A stretch of 64,000 nucleotides of DNA from a bacterium (GCA_021790215.1 JAJYIG010000001.1:194-64193), one strand, 5' to 3'; counted from the stretch's first letter, positions 36,420 to 47,368 are shown. Translations and numbers: made by a program. Notes: generated by a model from the sequence alone, not told the origin.

Positions 36420-38453
36420 CTATAATCCGATTTTTACCTCTTTGTCCGTCTTCAAATAAAATTCCTCCGAGTATTTTCCAAGATTTATTGTATAAAGATA
36501 GTCATCAGTCCCCGGCTGCTTCTGAATCAAAAGATCATATTGCCCCTTCACCTTGAACGGCAACTTGTATTCAAAAGTGACTTTAGAAACTCCCTCGGGT
36601 CTCAGCTGGAAGTACCCTGCAAAAACAGTTTTGCCCAAATCCTCGTAGGGAGCTTGTGTTGCCTCTAACCCGTCAGATGAAATCAATTGGGAACCTTTAG
36701 GAACATAAACCCTCACCCAATCGGGTAGAACTGAATTAAGCCAGCCATCCTGACTCTGGGGATTTTTATAAGTTATTGTAACTGTCTTTGTCACCGTTCC
36801 ATCACCGGCCACATTTACGTCCTGTTCAACATCTTCAGTAGCATATAAATTAGATTTCCTTCCACCCAGATTGGCATCGATAATACTAAGATAATCGCCG
36901 CTACTGTCCTCATTGATAGTTCCACCTATGCCGAAATCCGTTACGGCTTTCTCCATATCAGCATTTGTCATGTAAAAAAGAACATGTTTCTCGGTGATTG
37001 AGGAATAAATTGCCGAAAAAAGCGAGGCAAGTTTATCTTTAGGCTGTGCCATTGCGTTTGCCAAAACTGAATTCATCAATGGTCCGATAATTTTCTTCCT
37101 GTTTGCTGCATTTTGCGGTTCATGGATAATCTTGCCGGTGACAGGATCCCAAATAATCGGTCCCTCGACGTCAGCATACGCTTCAAGGGCATGAATCACC
37201 TGAGCACAATTACATTGCGGATCAATTTGCGTGCTGAATGTTCCAAAACCAGGGACACCAATCGGTCCGGTTACATTGAGTAAATTCACCAATGTCTGGG
37301 TATCAACTGCAATTATTCCATCAATATTATTAACTCCAACTGTAGAAAGGGCTTTATCGACTTGATTCATGCTGACTTCAAAATCAGGCGACCAGTTCAT
37401 ATCCCTCAACCGCAAATTCTGAGAAATAATGTATGGCCCTTTTATATATTTGATAATTGGTTCGGGTGCCGGAGTAGTGGGCTTATACTTAGCATCAAGG
37501 TTATAAATATCGTCCGACAAGACGGGCTCAACTTTTGCCTTATCTACTTTCATAATCGCATATGCAGTCATAAATCCACCGGTAGGCCTTAACTCTTTAT
37601 CATTTTGGAAAAGAACAAAGTACGTCCTTGGTGAATCCATACCTAAAAAGTAGGGCAAATTCTGCAAAATGGGCTTACCCGCAACTAAAAATGTGGAAAC
37701 CTGATCCACCAGGTTTTGACCATTTTCTATTTGACTCCTAAGTTGTATTCCCCTAAAACTCACAGGATATCTATTGGCATCGATCTGCGATATTTCATTC
37801 TGAACCACCTTCATGTCCGCCGAGATTGAATCCATTTTTGGTAAAAGCTGCGGCACCGTCTGAACTATAAAATCAATCCTCGCCTGTGTTGTTTGGGCAC
37901 CTCCGGTCAAACCGCTTTGAGACGCTACTGAAGCTCCACCAAGTCCTAAAATATCCGAATATGGTTCCACTGCAGTCAAAACAATATCAGATGCATCAAG
38001 TCCCGCCTGTCCCGCCTTAACTACATGCCCGACATCGGAAACATATCCTCCGGCCCAGGGTAACACCTTGGCCCAAGCAATTAATTTGTAGTTGTAATCA
38101 AAAGAATTCAGATCCGACTTTGTTACTTCAATCCCACTTTTGATTTTGCCTAAATCTTTTGATTTAACAGTTTGGGAAAGAGCAGTAATAGAAGATTTAA
38201 GTTTCATTCCGCTTTTATAAAGTAAAAGTCCTACCGCTCCGAAATAAACAAGAAGTATCACCAAAAAAGCTGCGATGCCAAGCAGTATCTTACCCCAAGG
38301 AAAATTCTTTGTCTTCGGAATATTGTTAACAGGCTGCTTTTGGGGCCGAAATGCCTGGGGCTGAGAAGGAATAGATTGCGACTGACTCCCGGGTGTGGCA
38401 GGAGCAGTATTTTCAACTTCTATTTTTGGAACCAATATGGAATCTTCTTGCAT
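36420..38453 (-). CDS. Large extracytoplasmic protein anchored by one N-terminal TM, function unknown (possibly DUF4012-like, tentative)
   Basis: 677 aa. Pro/Gln-rich cytoplasmic N-terminus, TM at residues ~55-80, large soluble domain. Immediately upstream of the glycan-island initiating transferase. Confidence 0.5.
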   Translation of the reverse strand: MQEDSILVPKIEVENTAPATPGSQSQSIPSQPQAFRPQKQPVNNIPKTKNFPWGKILLGIAAFLVILLVYFGAVGLLLYKSGMKLKSSITALSQTVKSKDLGKIKSGIEVTKSDLNSFDYNYKLIAWAKVLPWAGGYVSDVGHVVKAGQAGLDASDIVLTAVEPYSDILGLGGASVASQSGLTGGAQTTQARIDFIVQTVPQLLPKMDSISADMKVVQNEISQIDANRYPVSFRGIQLRSQIENGQNLVDQVSTFLVAGKPILQNLPYFLGMDSPRTYFVLFQNDKELRPTGGFMTAYAIMKVDKAKVEPVLSDDIYNLDAKYKPTTPAPEPIIKYIKGPYIISQNLRLRDMNWSPDFEVSMNQVDKALSTVGVNNIDGIIAVDTQTLVNLLNVTGPIGVPGFGTFSTQIDPQCNCAQVIHALEAYADVEGPIIWDPVTGKIIHEPQNAANRKKIIGPLMNSVLANAMAQPKDKLASLFSAIYSSITEKHVLFYMTNADMEKAVTDFGIGGTINEDSSGDYLSIIDANLGGRKSNLYATEDVEQDVNVAGDGTVTKTVTITYKNPQSQDGWLNSVLPDWVRVYVPKGSQLISSDGLEATQAPYEDLGKTVFAGYFQLRPEGVSKVTFEYKLPFKVKGQYDLLIQKQPGTDDYLYTINLGKYSEEFYLKTDKEVKIGL

Positions 38454-38477
38454 GACGCCTTTTAATAATACACTAAA

Positions 38478-39164
38478 TTAGATAGCGCCGACACCGCTAA
38501 TCATGGCAAATGGAGTTTTAATCATAACACCTAAATCAAAAAGGATTGATTTTCGGCGCGCATATTCAGCATCCATTTTAATCCTCTTTTCAAAACCAAT
38601 ATTACTCCTTCCGGTAACTTGCCAATACCCTGTAATCCCAGGCTTTACCGTCAACATGTCTTTAACATATTTTTCTGTCCCTCTGTACCTTTTTTGCTGC
38701 TCTTCAAGCTCTTTAGGTAGGTAGGGTCTGGGACCCACCAAACTCATTTCTCCTTTCAAAACATTAAAAAGTTGCGGCATCTCGTCAATAGAGTGTTTCC
38801 GAATAAACCGTCCGAATTTCATAACCCTTGGGTCTTTGTGAAGCTTGTAGCCCGAATTTTTGTATTCTTCATAAAGACTCCTAAACTTCGGGTCTGTCTC
38901 AAGAAGTTTATCGGCGTTAACAAGCATGGAACGGAATTTATAAAGCCTAAAAACTTTTCCGCCTTTTGTAAGACGTCTCATGTGTGAGTTCTCTTTCTCG
39001 ACAAGCACAGGACCTTCCGAAGTAATTTTAATTATTATGGCTGTCAAAATTATTATTGGGGAAAAAAGAACTAAAAGAAATATTGAGGCGAAGACATCTA
39101 TCGTTCTTTTAGTAAGATCATATAACATAAATTTCCTAAAGAAGGTCCGAACGTTTTTCCTCAA
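38478..39164 (-). CDS. Initiating polyprenyl-phosphate hexose-1-phosphate transferase (bacterial sugar transferase, PglC/WbaP C-terminal-domain type)
   Basis: 228 aa. Re-entrant helix KRTIDVFASIFLLVLFSPIIILTAIIIKI, then KFRSM...DEMPQLFNVLKGEMSLVGPRP, the monotopic PGT catalytic signature. Confidence 0.88.
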   Translation of the reverse strand: MRKNVRTFFRKFMLYDLTKRTIDVFASIFLLVLFSPIIILTAIIIKITSEGPVLVEKENSHMRRLTKGGKVFRLYKFRSMLVNADKLLETDPKFRSLYEEYKNSGYKLHKDPRVMKFGRFIRKHSIDEMPQLFNVLKGEMSLVGPRPYLPKELEEQQKRYRGTEKYVKDMLTVKPGITGYWQVTGRSNIGFEKRIKMDAEYARRKSILFDLGVMIKTPFAMISGVGAI

Positions 39165-40242
39165 TTAATTTCTCAACGACTTTTTTAACATTCTGCGCCT
39201 TGCTCTTGGAGCATATCAAAAGGGCATCATCTGTGTCGACGACAATAATATTATCAACATCAATTACTGCAATTGTCCTGCCGTTCTTGTGTATCAGGGC
39301 ATCTGAGGTATCAATATTTATAATCTCTCCGCCTTTTTCGCCATCATCCAATACCACATTCCCTGAATCGTCTTTCTTACTATTCTCCCAGACTTCCTTC
39401 CAATCCCCGATATCTGTCCAATTGAAGTCACCATGAACAACATAGAAGTTTTTAGATTTTTCAGCCACAGCGTAATCAATTGCAATCTTAGGTATATCTT
39501 TATAGACATCCCCGATACTTTCCCCATTCTCCAATCTTTTGAGATGTTTTGAGATTTCTGGAGCATATTTCTCAATTTCAGACAGAAGCACATCGGCTCT
39601 CCAAACAAACTCGCCGGCATTCCAATAGTAATCTTTAGATTCCGTATATTTTTTGGCTAATTCAAGGGGTGGCTTTTCAACAAATTTTTCCAACTTAAAA
39701 AATGACACATCACCCACATCTGCAAGTCTTTTACCTCTTTTGATATGTCCAAGACCTGTGTGGGGATATCTTGGTGGAACACCTAAAGCGATCAAAACTC
39801 TTTCAGAGTAAGCGACCTCGGCTGCAGCTTTTAGCACTTGAAGATAGCGGTGAACCGGACTAACCAGCCGATCCGCAGCCTCTGTAATTATAACCGCATC
39901 GGGATCTAGTTTTTTAATAATATATGCCCCGAGTGCGTGTGCCGGTCCTGTTTCCCTTCTTGCCGGTTCCACAATAATGTTTTCCTTCTTAAACTCCGGC
40001 ACCTCTTTAATAATTTCCTTTTTATAATCCTCAGATACAGTTACGCAATAGATATGATCCGGCGACACCAATTGCTTAAACCTCAAAAATGTCAACTGAG
40101 TTAACGTTTGCTTATCCAGGAAAAGCGGCAAAAACTGTTTGGGGGTCTTGTTTCTTGATTGCGGCCAAAGTCGGGTTCCTCCTCCGCCTGCCAGGATCAA
40201 AGCGTACAAGTGATCTTTATAATTATTTGCCTTTGATTGCAT
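39136..40242 (-). CDS. manC: Mannose-1-phosphate guanylyltransferase (GDP-mannose pyrophosphorylase)
   Basis: LILAGGGGTRLWPQSRNKTPKQFLPL nucleotidyltransferase signature; no PMI domain. Confidence 0.78.
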   Translation of the reverse strand: MQSKANNYKDHLYALILAGGGGTRLWPQSRNKTPKQFLPLFLDKQTLTQLTFLRFKQLVSPDHIYCVTVSEDYKKEIIKEVPEFKKENIIVEPARRETGPAHALGAYIIKKLDPDAVIITEAADRLVSPVHRYLQVLKAAAEVAYSERVLIALGVPPRYPHTGLGHIKRGKRLADVGDVSFFKLEKFVEKPPLELAKKYTESKDYYWNAGEFVWRADVLLSEIEKYAPEISKHLKRLENGESIGDVYKDIPKIAIDYAVAEKSKNFYVVHGDFNWTDIGDWKEVWENSKKDDSGNVVLDDGEKGGEIINIDTSDALIHKNGRTIAVIDVDNIIVVDTDDALLICSKSKAQNVKKVVEKLIEEKRSDLL

Positions 40243-41347
40243 TATTTACTATTCTAACAAAATCTTTCCCAAATTTCTCATTTGAAAATCTATTGGAATT
40301 TCTAATGAGATTATCCGCTTTAAATTTCATCTTTTCAAATCTTAGAACTGCTTCCTCCAAACTTTCTGTGGTTTGACTACCAAAAAAAAGGCCGGTCTTT
40401 CCGTCAATAACAGTATCCAATGCTCCACCTTTTTTGTATGCGATAACAGGAACGCCGCGCGCCTGAGCTTCAACGGCAACAATACCAAAATCTTCCTCCT
40501 GTGGCATTACAAGCGCCTTCGCTTTCCGGTAAATCTCATCGAGCTTCCTTTCAGTAACTCTACCTACAAATTTAATGTTTTTATCTGCCATTTGTTTTAA
40601 TTTACTCTCCTCTCTTCCGGATCCGACAATCGTAAGAGGTAATTTCAACCTGTTAAATGTTTTAATCGCCAAATCAACCTTTTTATAACCATAGTCCAAT
40701 CTGCTAACTAACAGATAGTACTTTTTTGTACTATCAATGAGTCGATTCATTGATACACCCACAGGAGGAAACACTACTACCGAACTTCTCCCATAATATT
40801 TTTTAATACGCTCTTTTACTCCGCTGGAGATAGCGACCATAATATCAGGTTTTTTTGCCATTTCTTTATCCCAATTTCTATGAATATTAATAAATGGTTT
40901 TACAAAAAACCTAAGTATCGGGTTTTTGAAATAATCATTAAAACCGCTCCATAAATACCGCGTTGGAGTCAGGCAATAACAGATATGTTTTGTTTTTCTA
41001 CCAACACGAATTCCTTTGGCAGCCTCACTGGTTACAGTAATAACAAGATCATAATCTGAAAAATCAAATGAATTGAAAGCCACCGGCATTAAAGGGGCAA
41101 AAAATTCATGGTTTGAATGGGCAAAAGGAATTTTCTGCAAAAATGATGTATGCACCTCAGGGAAAACTTTCGCCCAAGGAGCCTTCCGAGACTCATACAC
41201 CGAAGTAAAAAGTGGAGCCTCAGGAAAGATCTCATGAAGGGCAAGAAGAACTCTTTCCGCTCCTCCCCACTTATTGACCCTATCATAAACCAACGCAACC
41301 CTCAGGAGTTTCTTATTCATTGGACATAAGAGCAGTTTCATAAACAT
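40223..41347 (-). CDS. GT4-family (GT-B) glycosyltransferase
   Basis: C-terminal EX7E region EEDFGIVAVEAQARGVPVIA. Confidence 0.85.
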   Translation of the reverse strand: MFMKLLLCPMNKKLLRVALVYDRVNKWGGAERVLLALHEIFPEAPLFTSVYESRKAPWAKVFPEVHTSFLQKIPFAHSNHEFFAPLMPVAFNSFDFSDYDLVITVTSEAAKGIRVGRKTKHICYCLTPTRYLWSGFNDYFKNPILRFFVKPFINIHRNWDKEMAKKPDIMVAISSGVKERIKKYYGRSSVVVFPPVGVSMNRLIDSTKKYYLLVSRLDYGYKKVDLAIKTFNRLKLPLTIVGSGREESKLKQMADKNIKFVGRVTERKLDEIYRKAKALVMPQEEDFGIVAVEAQARGVPVIAYKKGGALDTVIDGKTGLFFGSQTTESLEEAVLRFEKMKFKADNLIRNSNRFSNEKFGKDFVRIVNNAIKGK

Positions 41348-42428
41348 GTAAGGTCTCTTTAGCCATTTTGCCCCAGCTATATTTCTCGATGAACTTCAGA
41401 GATTTGGCAATTCTTAATTCTCTTTCTTTTTTGGTCATACCAAGCACTTTTATCATAGAATCCGAAATTGATGAAGGGTCAAAGGGATCAAAATAGATTG
41501 CATTCTCGCCATATATCTCCTTGAAGATCGGAATATTTGAGGCGAGAACCAAAGTTCCGGAAGACATAGCCTCAAGTCCTGGGAGACCAAACCCTTCAGA
41601 GACGGAGGGAAAGACAAAAGCTAAAGAATTCTTGTACATCTGTCCCAACACATCATCAGGAACAAAACCGGCAAGTTTTACAAATCCATCCACGTCCAGA
41701 TTTTTTGTTATTTTTTGAAGTTTTTGAGTAAAAATATTCCTCGCACTGGCAATAACCAAAATAACCTTATGATCAACTTTTTTGTTCAATAATTTAACCG
41801 CTTCAACCAAGCGATTCAAATTCTTGTGAGGATAAGCGTTACCTGCATAGAAAAAATAAGGTTCCTTAATTTTTTCGCCCTCCTTAAAACCAATCGTCTT
41901 ACCAACTCCTTCGTAAGTAATAAAAATCTTGTCAGACGTAAAGTGATAACTCTTAACGATATCACTTTTAACAACTCCGCTAGGAACCAAAATATACTTT
42001 GAATTTCTTACAGCCCTATTAAAAACAAATTTATAAGCTAGTTGTTTAAAGAAATATAATGGAGCAGGAAGTGTCGTCGCCGAAAGTCCTGCAAATTCAT
42101 GCATCAACATATCGTGTATCGTAACAACATATTTACCTTCGTAAAAAACTGGGACATTAAAGTGCGGAAAATGAACTAAGTCAGGTTTTTCTTTTTTAAT
42201 ATAAATAGGAAGAAGTATTTGCTCCTTAATTGAATAGTGCCGAAAGTCTGTCATAACTTTCTTCCAATTTTCAGGAAGGGTTAAGTTATTAAAATACTTT
42301 TTTCTCAAAAAAATCACATATTCATTTCTAGAATCGATTTTGGAAAGTTCTGAAACCAAATTGACAAGGTACCTGCCTAAGCCGGCGTTTTCCAGACCAT
42401 AAAGACGTCCGTCAATTAGAATCTTCAT
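41313..42428 (-). CDS. GT4-family glycosyltransferase
   Basis: SVSEGFGLPGLEAMSSGTLVLASN; paralogous to the GT4 genes at 50000 and 51188. Confidence 0.85.
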   Translation of the reverse strand: MKILIDGRLYGLENAGLGRYLVNLVSELSKIDSRNEYVIFLRKKYFNNLTLPENWKKVMTDFRHYSIKEQILLPIYIKKEKPDLVHFPHFNVPVFYEGKYVVTIHDMLMHEFAGLSATTLPAPLYFFKQLAYKFVFNRAVRNSKYILVPSGVVKSDIVKSYHFTSDKIFITYEGVGKTIGFKEGEKIKEPYFFYAGNAYPHKNLNRLVEAVKLLNKKVDHKVILVIASARNIFTQKLQKITKNLDVDGFVKLAGFVPDDVLGQMYKNSLAFVFPSVSEGFGLPGLEAMSSGTLVLASNIPIFKEIYGENAIYFDPFDPSSISDSMIKVLGMTKKERELRIAKSLKFIEKYSWGKMAKETLHVYETALMSNE

Positions 42429-42429
42429 A

Positions 42430-43338
42430 TTAGTATGCGGACAGAAGCACCACCCTCACATATCTAATCAACTTGAAGACATTTATTCCAAAAACAACAA
42501 AATAGTCAAAGAGAAGGGGATAATTGTTCCATAAATTTTTTCTGAAAAATCTCTCCATAGAGACAACACCCGCCAGTCTCACCTTTCTCCTCTCCGCAGT
42601 CGTGGTCTTATGTTTCCATTTAGCAACCTTCCCTTTAGTTACACCCTTAATATGAGTCACTATAACTTCCGGATAATAGACTAGCTTATAGCCAGACTTA
42701 TGAATTTGATAACAGAGATCGATATCTTCACCGTCAAAAAAATAGTTTTCATCAAACCAACCCACTTTATCCAAGATTTTCTTCCAGGTCAGAAAGAATG
42801 CCCCCTGGATAGCCTCTACTTCCTGAATTGTGTTTTCAGGCACGTCCTCATACCAATATTCCTTACCCAACCCAAGAATAAGGTGCTGAAATGAAATCCA
42901 GGGCGTAGGAAACCGACGCCGCGCATCTTTATCCATTGAACCATCAGGAAGAACTAATTTACACGTCAATGCCCCAATGTCATCGTGCTCCTTAAGATAT
43001 CCAACGGTTTTTCGAAACACATTGTCGTTAATTACTGTATCAGGGTTTAAGAAAAGAACCATCTTTCCTCTAACAAGCGGCTTGGCACGGTTGTTGCCTT
43101 TAGAAAATCCTTCGTTTGGCCCTTCGATTAATTTCACCCATGGGAACTTTTTCCTAACCATAGCGACGCTCCCGTCTGTTGAGGAGTTATCAGAAACAAC
43201 AACTTCCATAGAAACTTCTTTCATATGCGCCTTAACCGAATTCAGACAATCCTCTAGAAGTTCTTTTGTATTGTAATTAAGAATTATTACTGTTAAATCT
43301 GGTTTTTTCATACTTGGTTTCCTCGTAAATTCTGTCAA
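42430..43338 (-). CDS. GT2-family (GT-A) glycosyltransferase
   Basis: LTVIILNYNTKELLEDCLNSV ... VVVSDNSSTDGS, DxD region. Confidence 0.85.
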   Translation of the reverse strand: MTEFTRKPSMKKPDLTVIILNYNTKELLEDCLNSVKAHMKEVSMEVVVSDNSSTDGSVAMVRKKFPWVKLIEGPNEGFSKGNNRAKPLVRGKMVLFLNPDTVINDNVFRKTVGYLKEHDDIGALTCKLVLPDGSMDKDARRRFPTPWISFQHLILGLGKEYWYEDVPENTIQEVEAIQGAFFLTWKKILDKVGWFDENYFFDGEDIDLCYQIHKSGYKLVYYPEVIVTHIKGVTKGKVAKWKHKTTTAERRKVRLAGVVSMERFFRKNLWNNYPLLFDYFVVFGINVFKLIRYVRVVLLSAY

Positions 43339-44503
43339 GATATTCCGCCATTCTATACCAGCTGTACTTTCTAACTACAAGGTCTCTGGCATTTCTTGCA
43401 ATCAAGGATGCGAAATGTTTGTTACTAAGAACTTTCAAAACAGCATTTGCTATATCTTCAGGGTTATCTTCAATAATTATTTCTTTATTATTTTTTGCAC
43501 CAAGACCTTCAGCCCCTACTGTAGTTGTAACCAACGGTAATTTCGCAGCCATTGCTCCAAAATGTTTGAGCCTAGTCCCGCCAGGTCCTTTTAAGGGTGA
43601 GACAAAAACAGACGCCTCGTAATAAGCTTTTCTGATTCCCTCCTGATCATCTTCCTTCAGATCGTCTATCAATATATTTCCAGTTTGTCTTTCCTTAATC
43701 TCGCTTGGAATATGTTGACCGACAATCCAAACTTTTACCGTAGGATCTTTTCTATAAACAAGTGGAAAGACATCATCCAAAAGGATTTTTGCCGCCTCTA
43801 TATTTTGCAACCACTTAAAATTTGCCACAAACAACATCCTCGGATTTTTACGATTCCAGTTAACTTTAACCTTGAAAAAACTCAAGTTAACTCCGTTCGG
43901 AACCAATGCAACATCCAGATTCGGCACCAACTTCCGCATCTCAGTTTTATCAACATCTGAAACCGCAACAACTCCGTCTGCTTTTTTCCAAAATTTTGTT
44001 TCCCAAAAACGAAGTTTAGCGACATCAATTGACAATACCCATCTAACGATGGAGTTTTTAATTCCTTCAACATAATGTTTATAAACAAGATATTCTATCG
44101 TTTGTTCTACTAAAAGGATTGGGATTTTGGTATCGGGAATATGAGGCATTACATAGAATGTTTCCGCATGGATTAAGTCGTAATTAACTTTTGTTATTTC
44201 CTCTTTAACAGCAGCGCTTTCCCTGGGAGAAAGATTTCGAATAACCAAAAATGGGTAGGGCCCGAAACCAGTCAAGAGAATGTTACGTAAGGTCCAGGGT
44301 GACTTTGAGCGCCTAAATACACGAACCTTTTTACAATATTTCTCCAATTCCGGAATATACTTTTTTTCCGAGTCATCTTTTATTAAAGAAAAGAGAGTGA
44401 TCTCGTGTTTTTTGCTCAAATCCTTAATTAAATTGTAAGAACGTATTTGCCCGCCCGATGAGTCCGGAAAAGGCAAATATGGTGTAAGCATCAAAATCTT
44501 CAT
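43277..44503 (-). CDS. GT4-family glycosyltransferase
   Basis: MKILMLTPYLPFPDSSGGQIRSYNL start, C-terminal EASVFVSPLKGPGGTRLKHFGAMAAKLPLVTT. Confidence 0.8.
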   Translation of the reverse strand: MKILMLTPYLPFPDSSGGQIRSYNLIKDLSKKHEITLFSLIKDDSEKKYIPELEKYCKKVRVFRRSKSPWTLRNILLTGFGPYPFLVIRNLSPRESAAVKEEITKVNYDLIHAETFYVMPHIPDTKIPILLVEQTIEYLVYKHYVEGIKNSIVRWVLSIDVAKLRFWETKFWKKADGVVAVSDVDKTEMRKLVPNLDVALVPNGVNLSFFKVKVNWNRKNPRMLFVANFKWLQNIEAAKILLDDVFPLVYRKDPTVKVWIVGQHIPSEIKERQTGNILIDDLKEDDQEGIRKAYYEASVFVSPLKGPGGTRLKHFGAMAAKLPLVTTTVGAEGLGAKNNKEIIIEDNPEDIANAVLKVLSNKHFASLIARNARDLVVRKYSWYRMAEYLDRIYEETKYEKTRFNSNNS

Positions 44504-45981
44504 TTTGTTTTTGCAGGTAGTGGCTTAAGAAGATCGATAATTATATAATTATTAGTTTTTTCAACTGTAGTAAAACGAGATTCAATCATCTTGGTGTCAG
44601 CGCTTCCAAGATCTACTGAGACGTAGTAGCTTGCACCTTCTTTAATAATATTGTCTATCGAATTGTCAATTGCGGGCCACCCCCACCTCCCCGTCGCATA
44701 CAAAAATGCTGTATCACCGTCGTATGGTGCAACAACAAGAGCATTTTTGGGAGTAATTTTATCGACCTCTGCCCCGGCTTGGATAATCTCAGGGTGATTA
44801 ATATTATAATCTCCGGCTATTTGGTACCATCCGGTAATTAACATTACCCCAATCGAAAATATTAGGACAGTCCTTGCAAGAATCTTGTTAAAATTTGTTT
44901 GAGTCCAAAGGTAAACTGATCCGGAGGAAAGAGCCAAAGCAATCACAGGGATTGTCAGAATCTGATAATAGTCATGCATCACGTTTGCATCAGCCACCAA
45001 AACAACATAAAAAAGAGCCCCAATTAAAAACCAATGTATGAACAAATTTTTAGTCTTTGTATTAAATACGCCGAAGATAAAAGGAACAACACCCAAAGAT
45101 CCAAGTATGAGATGCCCCAACCGTTCTCCAAAAATCCAGTTCCAGTAAGCCGGATGAAACCTAATCCCATTCCCATTAAATGCCCACCAAAAAAACGGTA
45201 TCCCCATGGGAAACTTTGATTCCCACCACCTCCATAAAGCAAAAGGAATAGACCCAATTAGTACATAGGAAATTCCTTTTAAGATGAGCTTTCTATCTTT
45301 TAGAATTCTTTTAAACCCAAACTTCTGCACTGTAAGATATGCGATCGGAATGGCATAAAAACCTTGATAGGGTTTGATAAGCATCATAAGGGCAAAAAAT
45401 ACTGCTGAGAGATAGAAATAGAAATCTTTGGAATTGTCAAAAAACCTAACATACATCCAAATTGAAATCACTCCGAAAGTTACTCCCATGGGATCGGGCA
45501 AAATTACTCTTGTAAAGTAGATGTTATAAGGAATAAATAAGTAGAAAAACGCGGAGGCAATCCCTCCCCAACCACCCAAGAACCTTTTACCAATAAGATA
45601 AAGAAAAAATGCAGTAATTAGGGCAGAAAATATGGTAATCAGACGCGACCAAACCTCCAAACTAAGATGCCCCAGGTTTGTTGTAAGAAGAGCTCCGATA
45701 GCATTATAGATGGGGAATTCCACCATTCTATAACCGTTGGGATTAAAAATTCCTGTTTGAATACTCGAAATATCATGATAGCGGGGAAGAAGTAAATTTA
45801 TACCCTGTTGAATATAAACCTTTGTGACCGAAGCGGTATCTGCCTGACGCCAACTATGCCAATCAGCAACCGGATTATTAATTTTATAAAGCCTGACTAT
45901 AAATCCGACAACAATCATTAACGATAACAAAATATACTCAAGCCATCTGCTTTTTAGAATAAGATTAATTTTCTTTAACAT
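44500..45981 (-). CDS. GT-C fold membrane glycosyltransferase (PMT/ArnT-like, GT39/GT83 type; lipid-phosphate-sugar dependent)
   Basis: 493 aa with at least 10 TM. First extracytoplasmic loop carries DWHSWRQADTA; architecture is that of dolichyl/undecaprenyl-P-sugar transferases. Confidence 0.6.
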   Translation of the reverse strand: MLKKINLILKSRWLEYILLSLMIVVGFIVRLYKINNPVADWHSWRQADTASVTKVYIQQGINLLLPRYHDISSIQTGIFNPNGYRMVEFPIYNAIGALLTTNLGHLSLEVWSRLITIFSALITAFFLYLIGKRFLGGWGGIASAFFYLFIPYNIYFTRVILPDPMGVTFGVISIWMYVRFFDNSKDFYFYLSAVFFALMMLIKPYQGFYAIPIAYLTVQKFGFKRILKDRKLILKGISYVLIGSIPFALWRWWESKFPMGIPFFWWAFNGNGIRFHPAYWNWIFGERLGHLILGSLGVVPFIFGVFNTKTKNLFIHWFLIGALFYVVLVADANVMHDYYQILTIPVIALALSSGSVYLWTQTNFNKILARTVLIFSIGVMLITGWYQIAGDYNINHPEIIQAGAEVDKITPKNALVVAPYDGDTAFLYATGRWGWPAIDNSIDNIIKEGASYYVSVDLGSADTKMIESRFTTVEKTNNYIIIDLLKPLPAKTK

Positions 45982-47368
45982 AATCTAAATTTCTTGCCAA
46001 AAATACGGCAATACCCAATAGTAACCAAAAGACCATTGCAAACTTGGACGCCTCAAATATATCAATAAATAATGCAATCAGAAACGTCCCGATTAGTCCA
46101 CCGATTATCCCAGCAAGAAATCCCTTTATAAGGCCGTTTGTGTTTTTGGTTTGAAAAAAAGCGGAAACAATCTCCGAGCCAATTCGCAAAAACACCAAAA
46201 TAAACGCCGTAAGTCCTAATATACCAGTCTCTCCAAGCATTCTCAAATAATCATTATCTGTCGCAAGAGTAATAGAAGAGTACCCAGTTCCAACTAAAGG
46301 ATTTTTTTCAAGAGCTCGAATTGCCCTTGGCCATTCAACACTTAACCTTATGGATGTCGACCGATCTTCAACTGCCGGTATGGGTGTTGGTGCCACAGAA
46401 GTAGGTGTAACCTTATCAGCCAAAACAACAAAATCTGACTGTATTTGGCTTAATACTTTACTTAAGTGAAACTGCTGATAGATAACATCAAATATCCTTC
46501 CAAAACGCGTTTGTATACCACCCGACATTCCCATAAGTAGTGCGCTTACCACCACAATAGCAATCATTGTTTTGAACTTCTTTAATAGAAATAAACTCGT
46601 GGAAACCGCAATTAAATATGCAAATTGACCCATTCTGGAAATTGAAGAAATAAGAAGCCACAAGCCTGCTCCAGATACCAGAATTACAGCTAGTCTACCC
46701 AGCCAATCTTTAAATACAAAAAGAAGAGTAATTAAAATCGGAATTGTTATTACAATAAAGGCGGCCAAATCGTATGACCCTGCAAATGTCGAATTAATTT
46801 GGGCTCCCGGCGTCCAAAAAAGCGCGATTCCTCTCGAGTACTCCGCATTCTGGGTTATAATAACAGGAAAATGAAAATACTCCTGTCCGAAACCGTAGAT
46901 AAAGGCAACCGTTATTACAAAGATCAATAGTTTCAAATAAAAGGCCAGATCGTGCATAATTGTTTTTCTATTCAAAAATGCTAAGCAGGCAAAAAATGGC
47001 ACCACATACTCCACCCGCCGGAGGTATTCCAAAAGTCCGATTCCAATCCCAATAGTCTTGGTTAAAAATATTCCAGAAAGAAGTGAGATTAACGTAACTC
47101 CAAAGAAAATTAGAAACGCCCTGATAACCCTATCATTAAGGAAAGTTTTGAGGTTAATCAGTATCTTGACTGCAGTAAAAATCCCCAAACCCAAAAGGAG
47201 TAAATCCTCAAATCTAATAGCAACATAAGTTCCGGGAACACTAATTAACGGGAACTTTGGATAAAGCGGCACCATGACAATAACTGCTGCCAACAGATAT
47301 TTCGGAATTGCATTAAATAACTTTGAGAGCTTTTGCATAAATTTTCGTAGCATCACGCTTACACGCAA
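45965..47368 (-). CDS. O-antigen ligase/polymerase-like membrane protein (Wzy_C domain)
   Basis: 467 aa polytopic. SISRMGQFA ... NDYLRMLGETGILGLTAFILVF resembles the WaaL/Wzy_C H-N-x-Y-L..L.E.G..G motif region. Confidence 0.55.
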   Translation of the reverse strand: MRVSVMLRKFMQKLSKLFNAIPKYLLAAVIVMVPLYPKFPLISVPGTYVAIRFEDLLLLGLGIFTAVKILINLKTFLNDRVIRAFLIFFGVTLISLLSGIFLTKTIGIGIGLLEYLRRVEYVVPFFACLAFLNRKTIMHDLAFYLKLLIFVITVAFIYGFGQEYFHFPVIITQNAEYSRGIALFWTPGAQINSTFAGSYDLAAFIVITIPILITLLFVFKDWLGRLAVILVSGAGLWLLISSISRMGQFAYLIAVSTSLFLLKKFKTMIAIVVVSALLMGMSGGIQTRFGRIFDVIYQQFHLSKVLSQIQSDFVVLADKVTPTSVAPTPIPAVEDRSTSIRLSVEWPRAIRALEKNPLVGTGYSSITLATDNDYLRMLGETGILGLTAFILVFLRIGSEIVSAFFQTKNTNGLIKGFLAGIIGGLIGTFLIALFIDIFEASKFAMVFWLLLGIAVFLARNLDYVKEN

